This document shows positions 10,189 to 18,001 of a stretch of 64,000 bases of DNA, piece by piece. Where the stretch lies: positions 2,688,001-2,752,000 of the forward strand of contig OZ245842.1 of the NCBI GenBank assembly GCA_965228895.1. Reading direction: 5' to 3'. The first letter of the stretch is position 1; each line of letters opens with the position of its first letter. The translations under genes and the position numbers were made by a program. The DNA comes from Alphaproteobacteria bacterium. Its GTDB lineage: Bacteria > Pseudomonadota > Alphaproteobacteria > SP197. Below the pieces are notes generated by a model that saw only the letters and a program-made list of their open reading frames with translations, was not told the origin of the DNA and did no database searches.

Positions 10189-10653
10189 CTACTCGGCGGC
10201 GACGATATCCTCGTCAAAATCAGGCACCGCGCGGCATACCCGCCGTTCACAGATATCCTCAAGGGTCACCGATGACATGAAATCGCGGATGTGGTTGCCC
10301 AGCTCTTCCCACAGATCGTGAGTCAGGCAACGGCTCTTGTCCTTCATGCATCCCTCTTCGGGGTCCGCGCCACCCTTGCACCGCGTGACCCTGGTCGGCT
10401 CGTCGACCGCATCGATGATCGAGGCGACACAGATCTCGTTCTTCGGATTGGCCAACAGGTAGCCACCGCCCGGGCCGCGTACGCTGGCGACGAGTTCGGC
10501 GCGGCGCAACTTGCCGAAGAGCTGTTCGAGATAGCTCAGTGAAATCTCCTGTCGAGCCGCGATCTCGGCGAGCGAGACCGGACGTCCATCGCTGTGAAAG
10601 GCCAAGTCGACCATGGCCATCACCGCATAACGACCTTTACTGCTAAGTTTCAT
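10189..10653 (-). CDS. iscR: Rrf2-family Fe-S regulator IscR
   Basis: Start MKLSSKGRYAV at 10653; SLSYLEQLF, RGPGGGY, three Cys plus His ligands (TRC..GC..RCLTHDLW). Confidence 0.92.
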   Translation of the reverse strand: MKLSSKGRYAVMAMVDLAFHSDGRPVSLAEIAARQEISLSYLEQLFGKLRRAELVASVRGPGGGYLLANPKNEICVASIIDAVDEPTRVTRCKGGADPEEGCMKDKSRCLTHDLWEELGNHIRDFMSSVTLEDICERRVCRAVPDFDEDIVAAE

Positions 10654-10675
10654 GGCGGCGTCACGCTCCTTTGCA

Positions 10676-11395
10676 TTAGATGTCTCGACGTTCCTCGTCG
10701 ATTTCCAGGTCATTCGGTTCAACAACGTCAATGCCGTCGACACGGTTGGTTTCCAGCTCCTTGATACGGGCCTCAAGAACACTGACGTGATTCAACAGAC
10801 CATTGATCGCTTTGCTCACCGGATCGGGCATGTCCTGGGCCGAAGCGCCGTAGGCGGCGAAATGCGGCTCGGATTCCTGCTTGGCATGATCGACAGCGCG
10901 TCCGGGTATGCCGACCATCGTTACGCCCGGCGGCACGTCACGCACGACGACGGCGTTGGACCCGACAAGCGCGCCGTCGCCGACGGTAATCGGGCCGAGG
11001 ATTTTTGCGCCGGCGCCGACAACAACATCGTTGCCCAACGTCGGATGACGTTTTCCCTTTTGCCAGGTGGTTCCACCCAGGGTCACACCATGGTAGAGCG
11101 TCACGTCGTCACCGACTTCCGCCGTCTCGCCAATCACGACGCCCATGCCATGGTCGATAAAGAAACGTTTACCGATCTTGGCGCCGGGATGAATTTCGAT
11201 ACCTGTCAGCACGCGCCCGACATGCGACACAAAACGCCCGATCAGCTTGAGACCTTTGAGCCAAAGCCAATGGGAAAACCGGTAAAAGAGAATGGCGTGG
11301 AAACCGGGGTAGCACAGGACCACTTCAAGCCTGGTCCTGACCGCCGGATCGCGGCCGAATACAGAGTCGATTTCCTCGCGAAGCGCCTTCAGCAT
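10676..11395 (-). CDS. cysE: Serine O-acetyltransferase
   Basis: [28 protein letters not shown] hexapeptide repeats. Confidence 0.96.
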   Translation of the reverse strand: MLKALREEIDSVFGRDPAVRTRLEVVLCYPGFHAILFYRFSHWLWLKGLKLIGRFVSHVGRVLTGIEIHPGAKIGKRFFIDHGMGVVIGETAEVGDDVTLYHGVTLGGTTWQKGKRHPTLGNDVVVGAGAKILGPITVGDGALVGSNAVVVRDVPPGVTMVGIPGRAVDHAKQESEPHFAAYGASAQDMPDPVSKAINGLLNHVSVLEARIKELETNRVDGIDVVEPNDLEIDEERRDI

Positions 11396-11470
11396 TGGGG
11401 GTGTCCTTGTTCAATCTCTCGACACGCCCGAACCGCGGGCGGCGAACCGCGCGTATCATCGGACTCGGTA

Positions 11471-11503
11471 GAGATAGAAAGTCCGACCACTCAGGTCAAG
11501 TAT
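11471..11503 (-). promoter_or_regulatory. IscR type-1-like operator overlapping the cysE-iscR promoter
   Basis: Minus strand ATACTTGACCTGAGTGGTCGGACTT (11479-11503) resembles the IscR type-1 consensus; contains TTGACC-N17-TATCTC. Confidence 0.65.
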
Positions 11504-11590
11504 TCATGCCGTCTCGGCACCACACATTTTCGCCAGACCCATCACCCAAAAAGCGCTGAAACCGGCGCTTTCTGCTGCATTTAGGAACCC

Positions 11591-12256
11591 ATGCCCGACA
11601 TCATTTTTAATGGTCCCGACGGCCGCCTAGAGGGTCGCTACACCCATGGCAAGGCGCGCAACGCCCCGATCGCCGTGGTGCTGCACCCGCATCCGCAGTA
11701 TGGCGGCACCATGAACAACAAGATCACCTACGCCCTGTTCCGCGCCTACGCGCAGGCCGGATTTTCGGTCATGCGGTTCAACTTTCGCGGCGTCGGACGC
11801 AGCGAGGGATACTATGACGAAGGGGTCGGCGAACTGGCCGATGCGGCAGCGGCCATGGATTGGCTTCAACTGCACAACCCCGACCGGGTTGGCTGCTGGA
11901 TCGCCGGTTTTTCCTTTGGCGCCTGGATCGGTGCCCAGGCGCTGATGCGCCGGCCCGAGGTCGACGGCTTCATTTTTGTCGCGCCCGGCGCTGACCATTA
12001 CGACTTCGCCTTCCTGGAGCCCTGCCCCTGCGACGGCATGATCATCCAGGGCGACCGGGACGATGTTGTCGACCCCATCGCTGTCGGCAAGCTGGCCGAG
12101 CGGCTGGACCGCAAGAAACACGATGTGACCTACAAGGTCATCAAAGGTGCCGGGCATTTCTTTGAGCGCGAACTCGACGAGCTGCAGGCCATCATCGACG
12201 CCTATGTCGCCGAACACACCAAACACTACAATCTGATCATCGAAGAAGACGGCTGA
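11591..12256 (+). CDS. Alpha/beta hydrolase (conserved divergent neighbour of cysE)
   Basis: HPHPQYGGTMNN, RFNFRGVGRS, GFSFG, GAGHFF. Confidence 0.9.
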   Translation: MPDIIFNGPDGRLEGRYTHGKARNAPIAVVLHPHPQYGGTMNNKITYALFRAYAQAGFSVMRFNFRGVGRSEGYYDEGVGELADAAAAMDWLQLHNPDRVGCWIAGFSFGAWIGAQALMRRPEVDGFIFVAPGADHYDFAFLEPCPCDGMIIQGDRDDVVDPIAVGKLAERLDRKKHDVTYKVIKGAGHFFERELDELQAIIDAYVAEHTKHYNLIIEEDG

Positions 12257-13348
12257 TCAGCCGGCGTTGGTCCGTGCCCTGTAGAGTGCGCCGCCGGTCG
12301 TCGGCACGTCGACACCGGTGGTCGTCGGCAGACTGAGCGGCAGTCCTTTGAGCGAACGGATCGCCAGATAGGCAAACGCCTCGGCCTCAATCGCGTCACC
12401 GTTCCAACCGACATCTTCAGCCGTCACCACATCGCCAATCACCTGGTCGGCGATGGCTTGGCGAATGGCCGGGTTGAGACGGTTGCCGCCACAGGCGATC
12501 CAGAGTCTCGGCACTTCGGGCACAGCCTCGACACCCAGTGCGACGGTCCTTGCCGTCAGCGCAACCAACGTCGCCGCCCCGTCAGCTGGCGACAGCCCCT
12601 CCAGATCGATGGAAAAGCTGTTGCGGTCGAGCGACTTCGGTGCCGGCCGGGTAAAATAGGGATCGCTCATGACGGCATCGACCCGTTCGTCGTGCACCTG
12701 CCCGGCACGCGCCAGTGCACCATCACGATCGAACGGTTGATCCGTATGACGGCGCACCCAATCGTCGAGCAGCGCGCCGCTGGGGCCGGTATCGAAGGCA
12801 ATGATCTCATCGCCGCTTATCCACGTAATGTTGGCAACACCACCCAGGTTGAGAACGGCGACCGGTCCGTCGGTCTTCAGGCCAGCGACGAGCGCGGCGT
12901 GGTAAAGCGGCGCGAACGGTGCCCCCTGACCACCTCTGGCCATGTCGCTGCGGCGCAGGTCAGCAATCACGTCAATGCCGGTTCGTTGGGCCAGCAGCGC
13001 ACCGTCCCCGATCTGCCAGGTCAGCCCTTCATCTGGCCGATGGATAATCGTCTGACCGTGAAAGCCAATTATATCTATATTTTCGTTAGTTAAGTCATTT
13101 TTATCAAGCAACGCCTGAACAACATCGATGTGTCGGAGGGTCAGCGCACGCTCGGCAGCCAGAACATCGCCGTGACCGCCAAGGGCGGCGCGGACGAGGT
13201 CGCGCTCCCCATCGTCATAGGCGGCCGTCACCGGCTGGCCCATCCGTTCGACGCGATGGCCGTCGCTCTTGAGCAGAGCGGCGTCAACGCCGTCAATCGA
13301 CGTACCGCTCATCAGACCTATCGCGGTCATCCAACCGTTCTCAGCCAC
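12257..13348 (-). CDS. anmK: Anhydro-N-acetylmuramic acid kinase
   Basis: IGLMSGTSIDGVD, GFHGQT, GGQGAP, FDTGP, PKSLDR. Confidence 0.96.
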   Translation of the reverse strand: MAENGWMTAIGLMSGTSIDGVDAALLKSDGHRVERMGQPVTAAYDDGERDLVRAALGGHGDVLAAERALTLRHIDVVQALLDKNDLTNENIDIIGFHGQTIIHRPDEGLTWQIGDGALLAQRTGIDVIADLRRSDMARGGQGAPFAPLYHAALVAGLKTDGPVAVLNLGGVANITWISGDEIIAFDTGPSGALLDDWVRRHTDQPFDRDGALARAGQVHDERVDAVMSDPYFTRPAPKSLDRNSFSIDLEGLSPADGAATLVALTARTVALGVEAVPEVPRLWIACGGNRLNPAIRQAIADQVIGDVVTAEDVGWNGDAIEAEAFAYLAIRSLKGLPLSLPTTTGVDVPTTGGALYRARTNAG

Positions 13349-13454
13349 CCGGATCTCCTATTGTGACGCCTGCGTTTGAGGGGCGATGGCGATTATGCTA
13401 CACGACGCGCCCCGTCACGAAGGACGGTTTCGCCAGTTACCCAGGCGCCACGCC

Positions 13455-14708
13455 ATGTCCAACGCCAAGTCCGACTTCATCCGCGAGATTCTCTGGCGCG
13501 GCTTCATGCATCAGTGCACCGACCTCGATGCGCTGGACGCGGCCGCCAGCAAAGGTGTCGTGACCGGCTATATCGGCTTCGACTGTACGGCACCCAGCCT
13601 GCACGTCGGCAGCATGGTGCAGATCATGCAGCTCAGGCGCCTGCAGCAGTCCGGTCACCGGCCGATCGTCTTGATTGGCGGCGGCACCACCAAGATCGGC
13701 GATCCCTCGTTTCGCGACGAGGCCCGCCCGCTTTTGGATGACGCGCAGATTGCCGCAAACAAGGCAGGTATTCGCCAGATCTTCGAGCGCTTCCTGACCT
13801 TTGGCGATGGCCCGAGCGACGCCATCATGGTCGACAACGACGAGTGGCTCAGCGAGCTGAAGCTCGTGTCGTTTCTGCGCGACGCCGGCCGGCATTTCTC
13901 GGTCAACCGGATGCTCTCGATGGATTCGGTCAAGCTGCGGTTGGACCGTGAACAGCCGCTGAGCTTCCTTGAATTCAATTATATGGTCCTACAGTCCTAC
14001 GACTTCGTCGAACTCTACCGGCGCTTCGATTGCGTCCTGCAAATGGGCGGCTCGGACCAGTGGGGTAACATCGTGAACGGCGTCGACCTTGGACGGCGCA
14101 TGGCCGATGCCCAGCTATGGGGCCTTACCACACCGCTGATCACAACGGCGTCCGGCGCCAAAATGGGCAAGACGGCCGAGGGTGCCGTCTGGCTGAACGC
14201 CGAGATGCGCTCGCCTTACGACTACTGGCAGTTCTGGCGCAATACCGAAGACGCCGATGTCGGACGCTTCCTGAGGCTGTTCACGGACCTGCCGCAAGAC
14301 GAGATCGAACGGCTTGAAGGGCTCGATGGGTCCGAGATCAACGAGGCCAAGAAGGTCCTGGCGAACGAAGCGACGCGGCTGTGTCACGGCGATGCCGCTG
14401 CCGCTGACGCGGCTGAAACCGCGAGGCGAACCTTCGAGGAAGGCGCCAGCGGCGATGCCCTGCCCGTCGCCGACATCACCCGTGTCCAGCTTGATGACGG
14501 TTTCCTGTTCTATGAGGGACTTAAGGAGACCGGTCTTGCCGCCTCAAACGGCGAAGCGCGGCGATTGATCAAGGGCGGCGGCGCAAGGGTAAACGACAAG
14601 GTCGTCAACGACGAGTTTCACAAACTCGGGCCCGACGACCTGGATGACGACGGCGCCATCAAACTCTCCGCCGGCAAAAAACGTCACGCCCTGTTGCGCC
14701 TTGCCTGA
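13455..14708 (+). CDS. tyrS: Tyrosine--tRNA ligase
   Basis: [31 protein letters not shown]-terminal S4 domain. Start MSNAKS at 13455. Confidence 0.97.
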   Translation: MSNAKSDFIREILWRGFMHQCTDLDALDAAASKGVVTGYIGFDCTAPSLHVGSMVQIMQLRRLQQSGHRPIVLIGGGTTKIGDPSFRDEARPLLDDAQIAANKAGIRQIFERFLTFGDGPSDAIMVDNDEWLSELKLVSFLRDAGRHFSVNRMLSMDSVKLRLDREQPLSFLEFNYMVLQSYDFVELYRRFDCVLQMGGSDQWGNIVNGVDLGRRMADAQLWGLTTPLITTASGAKMGKTAEGAVWLNAEMRSPYDYWQFWRNTEDADVGRFLRLFTDLPQDEIERLEGLDGSEINEAKKVLANEATRLCHGDAAAADAAETARRTFEEGASGDALPVADITRVQLDDGFLFYEGLKETGLAASNGEARRLIKGGGARVNDKVVNDEFHKLGPDDLDDDGAIKLSAGKKRHALLRLA

Positions 14709-14709
14709 C

Positions 14710-14791
14710 CCGCTCTATCCATAGATGGAGAGCGGATTCACGTCGTGAGGTGGAACCGTCCATCGGGTCCACCTCAACACGATCCGCTCTA
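14710..14791. repeat. Palindromic intergenic repeat (CIR/MITE-like) between convergent tyrS and the asmA-like gene
   Basis: AGAGCGGAT (14729-37) / ATCCGCTCT (14782-90) outer arms, GAGGTGGA / TCCACCTC inner arms, a GATTC (GANTC) site; the right end overlaps the TAG stop of the minus-strand gene. Confidence 0.7.
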
Positions 14792-17700
14792 ACGGTCGTG
14801 GGTCGCGCCGTCGATGTCGAACGGTCCGATCTCATCGTTGCTTGGCGCCGTGAAGATACTGCGCAGATAGCCGGGCGCCAGAACCGACAGCGGGTCGACG
14901 CCAACTTCGGGATCGGCATAGGGGCCTTCGACCTGATAGGTCACGGCAAAGATACCGCCGCCTTCGTCACCGCCGGTTAGAATGTCGCCGACAATCGGCA
15001 AGTCGCCCAGGATGCTGTTGACGACATAGGCCGGCACAAGCGTACCGTTTAGACCAATCGTGTTGCCGGCCAGATCGATATCGCCCTCGACCGTGATACC
15101 GATGCCCGGCCCATAAGCTCGCGCGTCGTCGATGGCGACATTATCGTTGCGCTTCTCGAACGGCACCAAAGCGCTGTTGAACACCAGCCCTTCACCCGAC
15201 ACCGCATTGGCAATGCTGGTGAAGGATGCCAGCGACAAGATACGCGCCAGAATGGGCGTCTTGGTCATCGTCACGTCATCGATGCGCATGACGCCGATCA
15301 CCGGCCGGTCAGGATCGGTGTCATCGATGCTCGCACGGATATCGATGGTGCCGCCGCGTGCATCATCGAACAGATCGAACAAGCGCATGGCATCGCCGGC
15401 GTCGCCAGCGGTGTGCGCGAAACGCCGCTCGTTTTCGTCGTGGCGCCAAATGCGCATGGTCATCGGCGCGCCACCGGCAAGCTCGCCGGTCAGGTGCAAC
15501 TCTTCCCAGCGTTCGGCAGCATAATCGGCCTTTATCGCCACCGCGCTCAGGCTGTCGTCGTCACTGAGCCACACACGGTCGATACGCCCCTCCAGATGGA
15601 ACGGCGGGAGTTCGGGACCGCTCGCCGAACTCAAATCGTTCATGTAAGGCACAAGGTCGAGGGCACCGCCATCGACAGCGATGTCATAACCGCCGTCGTC
15701 GCGCGCACTGAGCGAGCCGGCGAGGTCATTGCGGCCGAATGTGACACGCTCGAAGACGAGGCGTTCGAGAGCCAGATTATCGCCCGCAAGCGCGCCGCTA
15801 CCCGCGACGGTGACGTCGTCGGTCGCCAGGTTGAGTCGCTCAATCAGCACCCCGCCGCTGCCGCGATCCAGCAAACGCAACGCAAACCGCCCGCTATCTC
15901 CGGGTGGCTTGTCCAGATTTACGATGGGGAAGACGACCTCGGCAGGTGTCAGATCCACGCTAATGTCCCAGGCTGTCTCGCCGCCCCATGATTCCACCAT
16001 CTGGACATCAAGCGGCATCGCGCCGTCGATCGCGACCATGTCCGACACGCCGAGCGGGTCCAGGGCAGCGCGATCGATGCTGCCACTCAACGACAAGACA
16101 CGCCGCGGCTGCGCATCGGCCAGGAAAGCCTGACGCAGCTCAGCCCTGAACGGTACGCCGCCCAGCGTCATGTCGGCAGAAACCTCCATGCTGGTGTTGT
16201 CGGCGCGTAGCGAGCCCACCGCATCTTCAACACGAATGTCACGGAAACCGGACGGCAGACCGACGCCGCTGATGTCGGCCTGAATCTCGAATGTGACATC
16301 ACGGTTTGAGAGACCGGTCAGGTGCGGCAAACCGACGTCAAGGCGCCCGACGGCGGTCCCGGTCAGGGGCTCACTCCCCAGATCGAGTTCGTCGCCAACG
16401 CCGAGGCTCGGGTGGGTACCAATCTCGACGAGATCGTTCGCCGGTCCCTCAAACGCGAAGCCGATCGCAGTTCGGGAGTTGGCGCTTAGCGGCGCGATGG
16501 AGATCTCTCCCGCGCCGACCGTCAGGTCCAGCAGCGTACCGCCCTGGGTCTCCGCCAGCATCGCGTCATCGGCGATCGTGATCCGGCCATCAACACCGCT
16601 GATCGCCGGCATGTCGCCGTAATAGGTAATCGTGGTGTCCGACACGGTGCCTTCGAACCGGAAATCCTCCAGCGGCAGTTCACCGCGTTCAAGGTCTTCC
16701 AACTTCCAATCGAAGTTAAGAACCACGCTGTCGGCCGTGCCGCCGGACAAATGTTCGATGACCCATTCCCGTGACGACGAGGATGCAGAAAGCGGCCAGT
16801 AATCGGCCAATGCGTCGACCGGCAGGTTTTCGATCGTGACGTTCAAGTCGAAGACACTGTCGGGCCCAAGACCATCAAGCGTCGCATCGCCCGAAACCAG
16901 CGCCCGGTCGGTCACCACATGAAACGCCTGCAGCGTCAGATCGCTCAGGGCTGGCCCGACCTCTCCACGCGCCTCAGCGCTTGAGAACGCGATCGGTGCG
17001 GCAAAGAAACCCGGGAAATTGAGTGCGCCACTGTCGGCCTCCAACGCGAAACGGCCGTCCAGTAGGGCGAGGTCGCGGTCAAGCGTCAGTTGCACGCGGC
17101 CGGAGACCGGCGCTTCGATGCCGGCCAAGGGTTCAAGCCCCGGCACTGCGTCGGCCAGACTCTCGACCGGCACGCTCTGCAAGCCGACATGAGCGACCAT
17201 CAGGCTGTCCTCGCGCCGGTAGACCGCGGAGACGTCGACAGGCACATCGGCCTCATCGAGGCGCACCATAAGATCGCCGACCAGGCGCAGGTCGTCACCC
17301 TCATGACGCAAAACCAGGTCAGCCTGCGGCGCGTTCCAGACGACCCCCAGAGCGAGGTCGTCAATCCAGAGATCCGCATCGACGATACTGACCTGGTGGA
17401 GATCCTGAAGCGCCGGCAAGGCGTCGCCAGCGTCAAGCAGCGCATCCATGATCGCTTCGCCGCCCAGCACGCCTTCGCGATGGTCGATAAGCGCCTCTTC
17501 GCCCTCGGCTGTCCGGTCGGCGCTGATATCGAGCGAAACGGCGCCATCGGCGCTCCGCACGACACGGATCCAGGGCCGAACCACGGTAGCATCGATCGGT
17601 CGAAATTCACCGCGCAGCAAGGGGCCCAAGGCAAGGTCTATGACCACCTCACGGGCCGCGAACGCAGTCTGGCCGTCGACGCCGACGCCCCGCAGGCCGT

Positions 17701-17935
17701 ATCCTTTGACCTCCAGCGTGCCTTCCCAGTCACCCCAGGTCAGGACGGCCTGATCGATACCCAAACGGAACGCGCCGTCGTCACGGTTCAGCGCCGCCTC
17801 CAGGTACGGCGTCACGTTGCCCAGCACGATCGGGCCCTGAGTCAGCCGCCAGGTCAACGCGGCGAGCAGGATCACGGCGATGCCGACCAGCGTGCCGAGC
17901 AGATGGACCACAAATCGAGTTGCGCGGCGGGTCAC
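14789..17935 (-). CDS. AsmA-like/YhdP (DUF3971) periplasmic lipid-bridge protein
   Basis: N-terminal membrane anchor, about 1050 aa of beta-rich sequence, C-terminal GTLVPAY..NS..G.LP.VG and VDPLSVLAPG typical of AsmA_2. Confidence 0.85.
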   Translation of the reverse strand: MTRRATRFVVHLLGTLVGIAVILLAALTWRLTQGPIVLGNVTPYLEAALNRDDGAFRLGIDQAVLTWGDWEGTLEVKGYGLRGVGVDGQTAFAAREVVIDLALGPLLRGEFRPIDATVVRPWIRVVRSADGAVSLDISADRTAEGEEALIDHREGVLGGEAIMDALLDAGDALPALQDLHQVSIVDADLWIDDLALGVVWNAPQADLVLRHEGDDLRLVGDLMVRLDEADVPVDVSAVYRREDSLMVAHVGLQSVPVESLADAVPGLEPLAGIEAPVSGRVQLTLDRDLALLDGRFALEADSGALNFPGFFAAPIAFSSAEARGEVGPALSDLTLQAFHVVTDRALVSGDATLDGLGPDSVFDLNVTIENLPVDALADYWPLSASSSSREWVIEHLSGGTADSVVLNFDWKLEDLERGELPLEDFRFEGTVSDTTITYYGDMPAISGVDGRITIADDAMLAETQGGTLLDLTVGAGEISIAPLSANSRTAIGFAFEGPANDLVEIGTHPSLGVGDELDLGSEPLTGTAVGRLDVGLPHLTGLSNRDVTFEIQADISGVGLPSGFRDIRVEDAVGSLRADNTSMEVSADMTLGGVPFRAELRQAFLADAQPRRVLSLSGSIDRAALDPLGVSDMVAIDGAMPLDVQMVESWGGETAWDISVDLTPAEVVFPIVNLDKPPGDSGRFALRLLDRGSGGVLIERLNLATDDVTVAGSGALAGDNLALERLVFERVTFGRNDLAGSLSARDDGGYDIAVDGGALDLVPYMNDLSSASGPELPPFHLEGRIDRVWLSDDDSLSAVAIKADYAAERWEELHLTGELAGGAPMTMRIWRHDENERRFAHTAGDAGDAMRLFDLFDDARGGTIDIRASIDDTDPDRPVIGVMRIDDVTMTKTPILARILSLASFTSIANAVSGEGLVFNSALVPFEKRNDNVAIDDARAYGPGIGITVEGDIDLAGNTIGLNGTLVPAYVVNSILGDLPIVGDILTGGDEGGGIFAVTYQVEGPYADPEVGVDPLSVLAPGYLRSIFTAPSNDEIGPFDIDGATHDR

Positions 17936-18001
17936 GAAATTCCAGATACCGATTGAATTTTCATCAACTTAGTCGGTTTCCTCTCCTAACGGCGAGTCTC
18001 T

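Noticed and set aside
13061-13100. Possible dif site in the anmK AT-rich patch
   Set aside because: Only loose resemblance to the XerD arm, no XerC arm, and it lies within a coding sequence.
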